A stretch of 64,000 nucleotides of DNA from Puniceicoccaceae bacterium (GTDB lineage: Bacteria; Verrucomicrobiota; Verrucomicrobiia; Opitutales; Oceanipulchritudinaceae). This document shows, piece after piece, positions 16,835-29,572 of the stretch. The position numbers and the translations under genes are program-made. Where the stretch lies: NCBI GenBank assembly GCA_040830765.1, contig JBFOMH010000009.1, positions 108,934 through 172,933 of the forward strand, in the 5' to 3' direction. The notes beneath the pieces were generated by a model. It was not told the origin of the DNA. It ran no database searches and saw nothing but the letters and a program-made list of their open reading frames with translations. Each line of letters opens with the position of its first letter. Position 1 is the first letter of the stretch.

Positions 16835-18421
16835 TTACTCGTCCGAAATCATCAACTTGTAGCGGAATGAATCCCTAAGCGCCTGCCAACTGGCCTCGAT
16901 GACGTTGGGGTTGGCCCCACAGGTCCACCAGGTATTTTCCCCGTCTCCGGAAAGCATCAGGACCTGGACCACGGAATCGGTCCCCAGCCCGGTTTGCAGG
17001 ATCCGCACCTTGTAGTCAATCAGCTGGACGCTGCGCAGCTCGGGAAAGTGCGCCCCGAAGGCCAACCGCATGGCATGGTCAAGGGCACCAACCGGACCGG
17101 TCGATTCGGCCACGCTGATCTTGATGTCTTCCTCGTCGACAACACGGATTTTAACCACGGCCTCACTGATGTTCTCATGCTTGTCGCGGACGACTTCTGA
17201 TATGGTCCGGTAGCTGACAAGGTTGAAATTGTCTTCCATCCCGTGGAAGTGCTGGGCCAGCAAGACCTTGAAGCTGGCATCAGCGTTTTCGTACTCGTAA
17301 CCCTTAGCCTCACGTTCCTTCAGCTTCTTGATGAACGAGCGCATCTCCTTGGACTTCGGCTCAACTTCTATACCCAGCTCCGCGGCCTTCATGGCCACGC
17401 TGCTGCCGCCAGCCATGTCGGAAAGCAGAATGCGCTGGCGGTTACCGACGCACTCGGGCTGGACATGTTCGTAGCTGCGGGAGACCTTTTGCGCGGCATT
17501 GGCATGCACGCCCCCTTTGTGGGCGAAGGCACTCCGTCCAACATAGGGTGCCTTCGGGTTGGGCACATGGTTGGCCATGTTATCGATCCCATGAGCCAGT
17601 TCACACAGTTTATTGAGATGCTTATCCGAGTTGAAGGAATAGCCCAGCTTCAGGGAAAGGTTGGCCATGACTGTTGTCAGGTCGGCGTTGCCGACCCGTT
17701 CGCCATAACCGTTCTGGGTACCCTGAACCATCCGTGCACCTGCTTCCACCGCAACCTGGGAAAGGGCGACTCCGAGCCCGCAATCATTATGGGCATGAAT
17801 CCCCACTTTGACTGATCCCATCTCCCGGACAACTTCCTCCACCACACCGGAGAGCCATTTGACCTGGGAACCTCCGTTTGTATCACACAGGACCACCCAG
17901 TCCGCCCCACCAGCAGCGGCTGCCTTGAGCGTTTGCATTGCATAAGCCGGGTCATCCCTGTAGCCGTCAAAAAAATGCTCTGCGTCGTAGATGACCTCGC
18001 GCCCGGCCTCCTTCAGAAAGCGGACGGATTCCTCGATCATGGCCAGGTTCTCCTCTGCCGTCGTCCGCAGGACCTCCGTCACATGCAGTAACCAGGTCTT
18101 GCCGAAGATGGTCACCACCGGCGTTTCGGCCTCCAGCAAAGTGGCCAGCTGGGGATCTTCCTCCGCCTTGAGGCTGGCCCGGCGGGTTGAGCCGAATGCG
18201 GTTACCCGGGCATGCTTAAAGGTTTTCTTCTTGGCCAGTTCAAAGAAGACCATATCCCGCGGATTGGAACCCGGCCAGCCGCCTTCAATGTAGTCAATCC
18301 CGAATGCATCCAGTTTCTCGGCGACGAGGATCTTGTCCTCGGCAGAGAAGGAAATGCCCTCCCCCTGGGTGCCATCACGCAGGGTGGTATCGTAGATCAT
18401 TACATTTTCAGCCTCTTTCAT
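16835..18421 (-). CDS. cimA: Citramalate synthase (LeuA/CimA family)
   Basis: YDTTLRDGTQGEG, EGGWPGSNP, YDAEHFFDG, HAHND, GYGERVGN, AFAHKGGVH, C-terminal allosteric domain. Confidence 0.92.
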   Translation of the reverse strand: MKEAENVMIYDTTLRDGTQGEGISFSAEDKILVAEKLDAFGIDYIEGGWPGSNPRDMVFFELAKKKTFKHARVTAFGSTRRASLKAEEDPQLATLLEAETPVVTIFGKTWLLHVTEVLRTTAEENLAMIEESVRFLKEAGREVIYDAEHFFDGYRDDPAYAMQTLKAAAAGGADWVVLCDTNGGSQVKWLSGVVEEVVREMGSVKVGIHAHNDCGLGVALSQVAVEAGARMVQGTQNGYGERVGNADLTTVMANLSLKLGYSFNSDKHLNKLCELAHGIDNMANHVPNPKAPYVGRSAFAHKGGVHANAAQKVSRSYEHVQPECVGNRQRILLSDMAGGSSVAMKAAELGIEVEPKSKEMRSFIKKLKEREAKGYEYENADASFKVLLAQHFHGMEDNFNLVSYRTISEVVRDKHENISEAVVKIRVVDEEDIKISVAESTGPVGALDHAMRLAFGAHFPELRSVQLIDYKVRILQTGLGTDSVVQVLMLSGDGENTWWTCGANPNVIEASWQALRDSFRYKLMISDE

Positions 18422-18515
18422 CACATCCGGTGTTTGCCCTTTGCGCCTTTTGGTCAATGGCAAAATGCCTTTGCCCTTGCCTTTGGGACCTGCTAGTGAA
18501 GGCCGGTTTAGAGCA

Positions 18516-19880
18516 ATGCGCTATCGTGAAATCAACTTTGATGGCCTTGTCGGGCCAACCCATAATTATGCCGGGCTCTCCCTAGGGAATGTCGCCTCCC
18601 AGGAAAACAAGGACGCTGTTTCCAATCCACGGAAAGCCGCCTTGCAGGGTCTGGAAAAGGCCAAATCCCTTGCCGAACGGGGAATTCTCCAGGCAATCCT
18701 GCCCCCCCAGGAAAGGCCTTCCATCAACGCCCTGCTCGACTGGGGTATCAAGGGCATTTCCGATGAGGAAGTTCTGGAGCAAGCAGCCAGCCAGGCCCCG
18801 CAGCTCCTCGCCGCCGCTGCCTCCGCGTCCTCGATGTGGACCGCCAATGCCTGCACCATGACTCCTTCCATCGACACCAGGGACGAGCGGACCCATTTCA
18901 CCCCGGCCAACCTGTCCTCCAAGCTGCACCGCAGCATCGAGGCGCCGTTCACCTTTCGGCTCCTGAAAGCAATTTTCTCAGACGAGGATCGCTTCGTTGT
19001 CCATCCTCCCCTTGGTGGAGGAGCCGCCATGGCGGATGAGGGAGCAGCCAACCATACCCGCTTTTGCCCGGGCCTCTCCTCCAAAGGCCTGCACCTTTTT
19101 GTCTATGGGCGGCATGCCTTTGCCCATCTGGCGGCAGAGCCAAAGCGCTACCCCGCTCGACAGACCCGGGAAAGCTTTGAAAGCATTGCCCGCCACCACG
19201 AAATTCCAAGCGAACAGCTAATCTTGCTCCAGCAGTCCCCTGAAGCCATCGATGCAGGGGTTTTCCACAACGATGTCATCTCCGTCGGCAACCGGGACGT
19301 CTTCCTCTGCCACGAGGACGCATTTCTCGACCAGGATGCCGCCATCCGGGAACTGCAAGCCGCCTTTCGCGCCCTTTCCGGCGATCCCCTGAGGCTCATT
19401 CAAGTGCCCCGGGAGCAAGTCAGCCTGCAGGATGCCGTCAGCAGTTACCTCTTCAATAGCCAGTTGCTGACGCTTCCTGAGGGACGCCAACTCCTCGTCG
19501 CTCCTTCCGAGTCTTCCGCAAACCCCCGGGTGGCTGGATTCCTTCAGCATTGCCTTGAGGACAAGGACAACCCCATCGATGAGGTCCTCTACTTCGACCT
19601 CCGGGAGAGCATGCGCAATGGCGGCGGCCCGGCCTGCCTCCGTCAGCGGGTCGTGCTCAATGCCGGGGAATTGCGTCACCTCAAGGGGCGGGTCCTCCTT
19701 GATGACACCCTCTACACGGAGCTGAAGGATTGGATCAACGCCCATTACCGTGAAAAACTGGCTCCCGCCGACCTTGCTGATCCGCAATTGCTTGAGGAGT
19801 CCCGCCAGGCGCTGGACGCATTGACCGCCATCCTCCATCTTCCCTCCCTTTACGACTTCCAAGGGGCGAAAAACCCGTAA
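18516..19880 (+). CDS. astB: N-succinylarginine dihydrolase
   Basis: EINFDGLVGPTHNYAGLS.GNVAS, SASSMWTANA, DEGAANH, GVFHNDVI, SYLFNSQL, ESMRNGGGPACLR. Confidence 0.96.
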   Translation: MRYREINFDGLVGPTHNYAGLSLGNVASQENKDAVSNPRKAALQGLEKAKSLAERGILQAILPPQERPSINALLDWGIKGISDEEVLEQAASQAPQLLAAAASASSMWTANACTMTPSIDTRDERTHFTPANLSSKLHRSIEAPFTFRLLKAIFSDEDRFVVHPPLGGGAAMADEGAANHTRFCPGLSSKGLHLFVYGRHAFAHLAAEPKRYPARQTRESFESIARHHEIPSEQLILLQQSPEAIDAGVFHNDVISVGNRDVFLCHEDAFLDQDAAIRELQAAFRALSGDPLRLIQVPREQVSLQDAVSSYLFNSQLLTLPEGRQLLVAPSESSANPRVAGFLQHCLEDKDNPIDEVLYFDLRESMRNGGGPACLRQRVVLNAGELRHLKGRVLLDDTLYTELKDWINAHYREKLAPADLADPQLLEESRQALDALTAILHLPSLYDFQGAKNP

Positions 19881-19922
19881 CCCGGTCTTGCCGCGGACGC
19901 GATATCCTTCAGCATCATCAGC

Positions 19923-20678
19923 ATGACTGCCCTGGACGAGATTGTTGCCTTTTGTGACGAAACAACCCGCCGCCACGAGGTGGCAGACTTTCCCGGTGCC
20001 AACAACGGCCTGCAATTGCAGAACAACGGCTCCGTCAGCCGCATCGGGGCCGCAGTTGACGCTGGGCGCATCCCCTTTGAAGCAGCCATCGCCGAGGGCA
20101 TCGACTTTCTCATCGTCCACCACGGCCTCTTCTGGAATACCCCTTCGAGCTATTCAGGCCCCCTTTATGAAAAGCTGAAGCTGGCCATGGACAACAATTT
20201 GGCTGTCTACAGCTCCCACCTGCCTCTTGATGCCCATCAGGAGATTGGCAACAACCGCCTTCTCGCCAAAACCATCGGACTGGAACCCGTTGAATGGTTC
20301 CTGCCCTATGAGGGAACTCCCATCGCCCTCTTGGCCGAAGGGCCGCCAGACCGGGATGAACTGCGGAAACGGCTCGAGTCGGAGTACCCCGGCGGCATCA
20401 CAGCCATCGAGTATGGCTCCACCAAGCCCGGCAAAGTGGCCATCCTTACCGGTTCCGGCCGCAGCGCCCTCAGCGAGCTCAAGTCGGTCGGTACCGATAC
20501 CCTGATTACCGGGGAGCTGCGTCAGGAGCACTTCAACCTCGCTCAGGAGGAGGGATTCAACCTCTATGTCTGCGGCCACTACGCCACCGAGCGCTACGGG
20601 GTCACTGCCCTCGCCAAGCTTGCCGGAGAGGCCTTCAAGCTGCCTTTCTCCTTCGTTCAGACGGATTGTCCGCTCTGA
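19923..20678 (+). CDS. Nif3-like dinuclear metal-centre hexameric protein (YbgI family)
   Basis: NGLQ, IVHHGLFW, HLPLDAH.EIGNN, ITGE, GHYATE. Confidence 0.93.
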   Translation: MTALDEIVAFCDETTRRHEVADFPGANNGLQLQNNGSVSRIGAAVDAGRIPFEAAIAEGIDFLIVHHGLFWNTPSSYSGPLYEKLKLAMDNNLAVYSSHLPLDAHQEIGNNRLLAKTIGLEPVEWFLPYEGTPIALLAEGPPDRDELRKRLESEYPGGITAIEYGSTKPGKVAILTGSGRSALSELKSVGTDTLITGELRQEHFNLAQEEGFNLYVCGHYATERYGVTALAKLAGEAFKLPFSFVQTDCPL

Positions 20679-20688
20679 ACTTTTCTCC

Positions 20689-20716
20689 TTGCAAATTAAG
20701 CAAGGTTCGCCACCTT
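20689..20716 (+). promoter_or_regulatory. sigma70-type promoter of rpsO-pnp
   Basis: TTGCAA-16 nt-CACCTT. Confidence 0.5.
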
Positions 20717-20724
20717 CCTCCCTT

Positions 20725-20863
20725 TCCGCGTCGAGAGGTCGGGCGAAATCCCCTCCTCCGCGACTGTCCCGCGGCAGCGGGATGAGACGGTTGGATTGGC
20801 TCCGGCGAGTCCTCCGGTCCCTCCAAAGAGGGTCCCAATAGTCGTGCAACAAGAATCAACACA
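20725..20863 (+). ncRNA. Candidate structured rpsO 5' leader (S15 autoregulatory element)
   Basis: Hairpins TCCCGC-GGCA-GCGGGA and CCCTC-CAAA-GAGGG, plus a possible closing stem GCGACTGT/ATAGTCGT, in a roughly 140-nt leader. Confidence 0.45.
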
Positions 20864-21133
20864 ATGGCTAAATCACAACTCGATAAATCAAGCGTTATAA
20901 CGGACTTCAAGAGTCACGACACCGACACTGGGTCGCCTGAAGTCCAGATTGCCCTGCTGACCCAGCGGATCAATCACCTCACCGATCACTTGCGGACCCA
21001 TCGCAAGGATTTCCACAGCCGCCGCGGCCTCATTGCCATGACCAGCCGCCGGCGCAAGCTTCTCGACTATGTCAAGCGACATGACCTCGAGAAGTACAAG
21101 CAATTGCTTGAACGTTTGAAGCTCCGCCGCTAA
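20864..21133 (+). CDS. rpsO: 30S ribosomal protein S15
   Basis: [32 protein letters not shown]...RRKLLDY. Confidence 0.99.
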   Translation: MAKSQLDKSSVITDFKSHDTDTGSPEVQIALLTQRINHLTDHLRTHRKDFHSRRGLIAMTSRRRKLLDYVKRHDLEKYKQLLERLKLRR

Positions 21134-21179
21134 GGTCGGAGATTCTTGCTTTTGAAAGCAATTCTCAACCCAGTCTAAT

Positions 21180-21266
21180 CCGCCATCCACGGCTGCATTT
21201 TGTAGGAAGTCCGCCTGCCGGGCACGATTCCGGCAGGCGAACTTCCTAAAGTCAGCTGGATGGTGG
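21180..21266 (+). promoter_or_regulatory. Long stem-loop in the pnp leader (candidate RNase III site)
   Basis: CCGCCATCCA..GGCTG..TAGGAAGT.CGCCTGCCGG / CCGGCAGGCG.ACTTCCTA..CAGCTGGATGGTGG form an interrupted duplex of more than 30 bp. Confidence 0.7.
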
Positions 21267-21324
21267 ACAACCTAACGGTCAGGGGCCCCTGTGGTCTCCT
21301 GCCCGCACAGTCTAGTTAATATTC

Positions 21325-23631
21325 ATGCTGAAACAAAAACACTCCGTTACCGTAGAAGAATACGGTATTACCATTGAAACGGGTACCCTGGCCAAGCAGG
21401 CCAATGGTGCCGTTACCATCCAGGTTGGCGAGACCACCGTGTTTGTCGCCGCCACCGCTGCCACCAGCATCCGTGAAGGACAGGATTGGTTCCCTCTACA
21501 GGTCGATTACCGTGAGAAATTCCACGCTGCCGGGCGCATCCCGGGTGGATTCTTCAAGCGCGAAGGCCGTCCCTCGGAAAAGGAAATCCTCACTTCCCGC
21601 CTCACTGACCGGCCGCTCCGCCCGCTTTTCCCGAAAGGCTTCTTCAATGAGGTCCAGGTGCAGTCCCTGCTCCTGACGGCGGACCTCGTCAATGAACCGG
21701 ACATCCTGCTCGTCAATGGCGCATCCGCCGCCCTGATGTGTTCCGACATTCCGTGGAACGGCCCTGTCGCCTGTATCCGCGTCGGCCTCATCGACGGAGA
21801 CTTTGTCGTCAACCCGACCCATGAGCAGCAGTACGAGTCCGAACTCGACCTCATTTATGTGGGTAACGAAAAGGAAATGATGATGATCGAGGGCTCCGCC
21901 GAGGAAGTCCCGGAAGACAAATTCATCGCCGCCCTCGAGTTTGCCCAGGAAGCCATCCAGCCGATCATCAAGGCCCAGAAGGAACTGGCCAAGATCGCCG
22001 GCAAGGAAAAGAAGACCTTCGACCTCTTTGTGGTCACCGACGAAAACCTCGCCTTTGCCCGTGAAATCGTAGGCGAACGGATGGCCGAAGCCGTTTTCAA
22101 GGACTCCAAGTCCGACCGGCAGGCCGCTGTTGACGCCCTCAAGGACGAAGTGAAGGAAAAGATGATCGAGCGCGACGGGGAAGACGGTTTCGACCCCAAC
22201 CAGCTGATGCTCGCCTTCGAGGTCCTGCAGGAGGAAATCTACCGCGAGAACATCCTCGACGCCGGCAAGCGTGCCGACGGTCGTGGCCCGGCCGATCTCC
22301 GCGACATCGAGTGCCAGGTTGGCCTCTATCCGCGGGTTCATGGCTCCGGCCTCTTCCAGCGTGGTGAAACCCAAGGTGTGGTCTTTACCACCCTCGGTTC
22401 CCGCTCCGACAACCAAAGCATGGACGGCCTCACCGGTGGTCCCCGCGAGAAGAGCTTCATCCTCCACTACAACTTCCCGAACTATTCGGTTGGCGAAACC
22501 GGCCGTATCATGGGTCCGGGTCGCCGCGAAATCGGACACGGTGCCCTCGCTGAACGCTCCCTCCTCCCGGTTCTTCCGGCTGAGGACGAGTTCCCCTACA
22601 CGGTCCGCCTGGTTTCCGAAATCATGGAATCCAACGGCTCGACCTCGATGGCTTCCGTCTGTGGCGGCAGCCTCTCCCTGATGGACGCCGGTGTGCCCAT
22701 CAGCGGCATGGTGGCCGGCATCTCCTGCGGGCTCGTGACTCGCTTCGATGACAAGGGCGCCCTCCAGAAGCACGTTGTCCTTTCCGACATTATCGGTGCC
22801 GAAGACCACTTCGGTGACATGGACTTCAAAATTTGCGGTACCCGTAACGGGATCACCGGTTTCCAGCTGGACCTCAAGATCCAGGGACTTCCCCACGATG
22901 TGGCCAAGGAAGCCATTGCCCGCAATGCCGAGCTCCGCAACCAGATCCTCGATGCAATGTCCAAGACCATCGAGAAGCCGCGTGAGGAACTCAGCCCGTA
23001 CGCACCGCGCATCGAGACTATCATGATCGATCCGGAGAAGATTGGCCTCATCATTGGCCCGGGTGGCAAGACCATCCGCCGAATCTGCGAAGTTTCCGGT
23101 GCTGAAATCGACATTAATGAGGACAATTCCGGCCGTATTGACGTCTACGCGACCAGCGGGCCGTCCATGCAGCGCGCCATCGAGGAAATCAAGGCCATGA
23201 CTGCCGAGATCGAGGAAGGCAAGCTCTACCACGGCACTGTCCGCGGGGTGAAGGAATTCGGCTGCTTTGTCGAATGCCTGCCTGGCAAGGAAGGCCTGGT
23301 TCACGTTTCCGAACTGGCTGATTTCCGCGTCAACCGGGTCGAGGATGTCTGTTCCCTTGGCGACCAGATGTGGGTCAAGTGTATCGGCATCGACGAAAAG
23401 GGCCGGGTCCGCCTGAGCCGCACCGCCGCGCTCGCCGAGCGTGAGGGTGAAGACGACGAAATCAGCGAAAAGGTGGCCGCCGCCAAGGAAAAGGCCGAGT
23501 CCGAACCGCCGCGTGAGCGCCGGGGAGGCCGCGGGGACCGCGGAGGCGACCGGGGTGACCGGGGTGACCGGCCGCGCCGCCGTCAAGGTGACCGCCGCCG
23601 TCCGCCGCGCCGCCAGCGCGACGACGACTAG
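21325..23631 (+). CDS. pnp: Polyribonucleotide nucleotidyltransferase (PNPase)
   Basis: [42 protein letters not shown] (IIGPGGK) and S1 domains; follows rpsO. Confidence 0.99.
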   Translation: MLKQKHSVTVEEYGITIETGTLAKQANGAVTIQVGETTVFVAATAATSIREGQDWFPLQVDYREKFHAAGRIPGGFFKREGRPSEKEILTSRLTDRPLRPLFPKGFFNEVQVQSLLLTADLVNEPDILLVNGASAALMCSDIPWNGPVACIRVGLIDGDFVVNPTHEQQYESELDLIYVGNEKEMMMIEGSAEEVPEDKFIAALEFAQEAIQPIIKAQKELAKIAGKEKKTFDLFVVTDENLAFAREIVGERMAEAVFKDSKSDRQAAVDALKDEVKEKMIERDGEDGFDPNQLMLAFEVLQEEIYRENILDAGKRADGRGPADLRDIECQVGLYPRVHGSGLFQRGETQGVVFTTLGSRSDNQSMDGLTGGPREKSFILHYNFPNYSVGETGRIMGPGRREIGHGALAERSLLPVLPAEDEFPYTVRLVSEIMESNGSTSMASVCGGSLSLMDAGVPISGMVAGISCGLVTRFDDKGALQKHVVLSDIIGAEDHFGDMDFKICGTRNGITGFQLDLKIQGLPHDVAKEAIARNAELRNQILDAMSKTIEKPREELSPYAPRIETIMIDPEKIGLIIGPGGKTIRRICEVSGAEIDINEDNSGRIDVYATSGPSMQRAIEEIKAMTAEIEEGKLYHGTVRGVKEFGCFVECLPGKEGLVHVSELADFRVNRVEDVCSLGDQMWVKCIGIDEKGRVRLSRTAALAEREGEDDEISEKVAAAKEKAESEPPRERRGGRGDRGGDRGDRGDRPRRRQGDRRRPPRRQRDDD

Positions 23632-23740
23632 GCACAAAGCCTTATTTAGAGAGCAAATTTCATTTCGCTCTTCCAAATTACAGGAATTTTGATAAGGAAT
23701 TTATCATCCCTTTAATCAATTCCCTATAAACCCACCCACC

Positions 23741-23783
23741 GAGCCCGGCCGGCCCCTCCAATTATCCGGCCGGGCTCTCTTTT
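23741..23783 (+). terminator. Rho-independent terminator after pnp
   Basis: GAGCCCGGCCGG ... CCGGCCGGGCTC followed by TCTTTT. Confidence 0.75.
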
Positions 23784-23849
23784 GTCCGAATACCAAATTG
23801 GCATTCTGTGGCATTGACCGGATTCGGTGAATCAGCAGAGTTGCTCATC

Positions 23850-24425
23850 ATGTTGCTGGTCATCGACAATTTTGATTCCTTCACCTACAACCTCGTCCAG
23901 TATTTCGGGGAACTCGGGGTGGAGCAGAAGGTATTCCGCAACGACGAAATATCCCCCGCTGAAGCCCTTTCCCTCAAGCCGGACAAGGTTCTCCTTTCTC
24001 CCGGGCCCTGCAGCCCCAATGAGGCCGGCAACAGCCTCTCCATCCTCGAAGCCTTTGCCCCTACAGGCATTCCCCTGTTTGGCGTCTGTCTTGGGCACCA
24101 GTGCGTCGGTCAGTACTTTGGAGGCAAGGTCATCCGTGCCGACCGCCTGATGCACGGCAAGACCTCCCCCATCCACCATACCGGAATGGGACTCTTCGCC
24201 GACTTGCCCCAGGATTTTCATGCCACCCGCTACCATTCCCTCCTCGTCGAGAAAGCCTCCCTTCCCGATTGTCTCGAGATTACAGCAGAGACCAGCGAAG
24301 GCGAAATAATGGGCCTCCAGCACCGGGAATTACCCATCCATGGAGTCCAGTTTCACCCGGAGTCCATGGCCACGGAAAACGGCATGCAACTGCTCCGGAA
24401 TTTCCTCTCCGTCAAGGTAAGCTAA
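23850..24425 (+). CDS. Anthranilate/aminodeoxychorismate synthase component II (TrpG/PabA-type glutamine amidotransferase)
   Basis: [47 protein letters not shown]. Confidence 0.95.
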   Translation: MLLVIDNFDSFTYNLVQYFGELGVEQKVFRNDEISPAEALSLKPDKVLLSPGPCSPNEAGNSLSILEAFAPTGIPLFGVCLGHQCVGQYFGGKVIRADRLMHGKTSPIHHTGMGLFADLPQDFHATRYHSLLVEKASLPDCLEITAETSEGEIMGLQHRELPIHGVQFHPESMATENGMQLLRNFLSVKVS

Positions 24426-24563
24426 CGGTATTGAAAAAAGCTGCGATCAGGGGCCAAAATAACCCCTTTTTCGCTTGCCCTTACCCTCCCTTTTCTGGCC
24501 TAATAAAGCCTTTCCCGGAACCCGGCTTCGGCCGGATTTTTAAGTTTTATAACATGCTGATAA

Positions 24564-27053
<2,490 letters not shown>

Positions 27054-27086
27054 TCTTCCTGTTTTCACCTCCCGCGATTCCGCGTA

Positions 27087-29513
27087 ATGTATACTGAAAA
27101 AGAAAAAGTCACCCAGTCGAACATCACCGATGTCATGGAACGGGCCTACATCGATTACTCGATGTCGGTCATTATCAGCCGGGCCCTCCCGGATGCCCGT
27201 GACGGACTCAAGCCGGTGCAGCGCCGTATTCTCTACTCGATGCTGCGCCAGGGGCTGATTCACAACCGCAGCTTTGACAAGTGTGCCGCCGTCGTGGGTG
27301 AGGTGCTCGGCAAGTACCACCCCCACGGGGATGCTTCCGTCTACGACACACTCGTCCGGATGGCCCAGAACTGGGTCATGCGCGTCCCGCTCGTCGACCC
27401 ACAGGGTAATTTCGGTTCCATCGACGGTGACCCGCCCGCGGCCTACCGTTACACGGAGTGTCGCCTGACCGCGGCAGCCGAGGAACTCATCCGGCAAATC
27501 GATGAGGACACGGTCGACTTTGTTCCCAATTACAAGGAGGATACGACCGAGCCAAGTGTCCTTCCAGCGGCCCTTCCGAGCCTCCTCATGAACGGCTCCA
27601 CGGGGATTGCCGTTGGCATGACGACCAACATTCCACCGCACAATTTGGGTGAGCTGATCGACGGCACTTGTGCCCTCATCGACAACCCGAACATGGAAAT
27701 CGATGACCTGGCCAAGATTATCCTCGGCCCGGACTTCCCGACCGGTGGCTGCATCCTCGGTCGCGAGGGTATCGACAAGTACATCCGCACCGGCCGCGGC
27801 ATCGTCCGCATGCGGGGCGTCATCCACACCGAGGAACTGAAGCAGGGCAAGGAACAGCTCGTCATTACCGAGATTCCCTACAACGTGAACCGGGCCAACC
27901 TGGTGACACGGATTGCCGACCTCGTCCAGAGCAAGGTCATCGAGGGTATCAGCGATCTTCGCGACGAATCGGATGAAAACACCCGCATCGTCATCGAGTT
28001 GAAACGAGGCGAGATCCCGCGGGTCGTCGTCAACAAGCTATTCAAGCACACCCCTCTGGAGTCCTCATTCGGGGTCATCCTCCTGGCACTGGTCGACCGG
28101 CGCCCCAAGGAGATGAACATGAAGGAAATGCTCGAAGTCTATGTCGAGCACCGGCGCGAGGTGGTCAGCCGCCGCACCGCCTTCCGCAAGGCCAAGGCGG
28201 AAGCCCGGGCCCACATCCTCGAAGGCCTCAAGATCGCCCTCGATAACCTCGATGACTTCGTCAAGATCATCCGGGCCAGCCGCAACCGCGACGAGGCCAA
28301 GATTCGTCTCATGGACAAGTATCCGCTCTCCCTCAAGCAGACGGATGCCATCCTCGACATGCGCCTCTACCAGTTGACCGGTCTCGAGCGGGAAAAGATC
28401 GAGGCAGAGTACCTCGAGCTGATCAAGCTCATCCAGGAATTGACGGAAATCCTCGAAAACGAGAACCGGCTGCTGGAAGTCATCAAGACCGAGCTTCTGG
28501 AACTGAAGGACAAGTACGCGACCCCGCGGATGACCCAGTTCCTGCCGGATGAAGGCGAATTCCGGATGGAGGACCTGATTGTCAACGAAGGTTGCTGCAT
28601 CACCATTTCCAGCAAGGGCTTCATCAAGCGTACCCCGGTGAGCAGTTTCCGCTCCCAGCGGCGCGGTGGCAAGGGTGTCATTGGAGCCGGTTCCCATGAT
28701 GAGGATTACGTCGAGCACCTCTTCACCGCCAGCACCCATGACTACATGATGTTCTTCATGAACAACGGTCGGGTCTACGTGGAGAAGGTCTTCGACATCC
28801 CCGAAGGAACACGCATTTCCAAGGGCCGCAGCATCGCCAATGTCCTTGCCCTGCAAAAGGATGAGCGCATCGCGGCGATGATCCCGGTCAAGGAATTCGA
28901 CGAGAGCCTGCATCTTGTCATGTCCACCCGGAAAGGGGTGGTCAAAAAGACCAACCTCTCGGATTACAAGAACTTCCGGCGCGGTGGAATCATCGGTATC
29001 AATGTCGATGACGGGGACTCCCTCATCGGGGTCAAGCTGACCGGAGGAGAGGATGAACTGTGCATGATCACCCGCAAGGGCATGTCCATCCGCTTCAAGG
29101 AAACTGACCTGCGTGACCAGGGACGGGCCACTCGCGGGGTCAAGGGAATCACCCTCAAGGGTAAGGACGACTATGTCGTCACGATCGAGGTTGTCCGGGA
29201 AAACGAGACCCTTCTCATCGCCGGCCAGAACGGTCAGGGCAAGCGGACCGCGTTCGACCAATACCGACTCCAGAAGCGCGGGGGAAGCGGCATCATCGCA
29301 ATGCGTACCACCAGCGTTGCTGGCGCCCTCAGCGTCAGCGAGGAGGATGAAATCATGATGCTCACCAACGGCGGGCAGGCCGTTCGTACCCGGGTCAAGG
29401 AAGTCCGGGTTATCGGTCGCACGACCCAGGGCGTCCGCCTCATCAACCTTGCTGAAGGCGATTCCCTGATCGGGATCAACCGCATCATCGAAGTCGACGA
29501 GGAAGAAGCCTAA
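27087..29513 (+). CDS. gyrA: DNA gyrase subunit A
   Basis: RALPDARDGLKPVQRR, YHPHGD, catalytic AAYRYTE, GyrA-box QRRGGKG. Confidence 0.98.
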   Translation: MYTEKEKVTQSNITDVMERAYIDYSMSVIISRALPDARDGLKPVQRRILYSMLRQGLIHNRSFDKCAAVVGEVLGKYHPHGDASVYDTLVRMAQNWVMRVPLVDPQGNFGSIDGDPPAAYRYTECRLTAAAEELIRQIDEDTVDFVPNYKEDTTEPSVLPAALPSLLMNGSTGIAVGMTTNIPPHNLGELIDGTCALIDNPNMEIDDLAKIILGPDFPTGGCILGREGIDKYIRTGRGIVRMRGVIHTEELKQGKEQLVITEIPYNVNRANLVTRIADLVQSKVIEGISDLRDESDENTRIVIELKRGEIPRVVVNKLFKHTPLESSFGVILLALVDRRPKEMNMKEMLEVYVEHRREVVSRRTAFRKAKAEARAHILEGLKIALDNLDDFVKIIRASRNRDEAKIRLMDKYPLSLKQTDAILDMRLYQLTGLEREKIEAEYLELIKLIQELTEILENENRLLEVIKTELLELKDKYATPRMTQFLPDEGEFRMEDLIVNEGCCITISSKGFIKRTPVSSFRSQRRGGKGVIGAGSHDEDYVEHLFTASTHDYMMFFMNNGRVYVEKVFDIPEGTRISKGRSIANVLALQKDERIAAMIPVKEFDESLHLVMSTRKGVVKKTNLSDYKNFRRGGIIGINVDDGDSLIGVKLTGGEDELCMITRKGMSIRFKETDLRDQGRATRGVKGITLKGKDDYVVTIEVVRENETLLIAGQNGQGKRTAFDQYRLQKRGGSGIIAMRTTSVAGALSVSEEDEIMMLTNGGQAVRTRVKEVRVIGRTTQGVRLINLAEGDSLIGINRIIEVDEEEA

Positions 29514-29532
29514 ATTCCGGGACCGGAATTTT
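29512..29532 (+). terminator. Hairpin immediately after gyrA (possible weak terminator or processing site)
   Basis: AAATTCCGG-GA-CCGGAATTT followed by a pyrimidine-rich tract. Confidence 0.45.
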
Positions 29533-29572
29533 CCTTTCCTTAAGGAGCCTGATCCCTAGACTCGCGGGCCAC

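Noticed and set aside
20735..20820. FMN-riboswitch resemblance (GGGCGAAATCCC and CCGGCGAG..CCGG)
   Set aside because: The core FMN motifs (ACCGGCGGT, AGTCCGGATG) are absent and the downstream gene is rpsO; kept only as a generic structured leader.
21496..23676. 726-aa antisense ORF over pnp
   Set aside because: Shadow ORF in register with a strongly codon-biased gene; no recognisable motifs.
23632..23740. AT-rich stretch after pnp with short GGAATT/AATTCC inverted repeats
   Set aside because: Pairing is weak, with no ORF, terminal repeats or target duplication; most simply a 3' UTR ahead of the terminator.
23799..23825. TGGCA repeats considered as a sigma-54 -24/-12 promoter (also near 18459 and 47088)
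   Set aside because: The GG-to-GC spacing does not fit the required GG-N10-GC.
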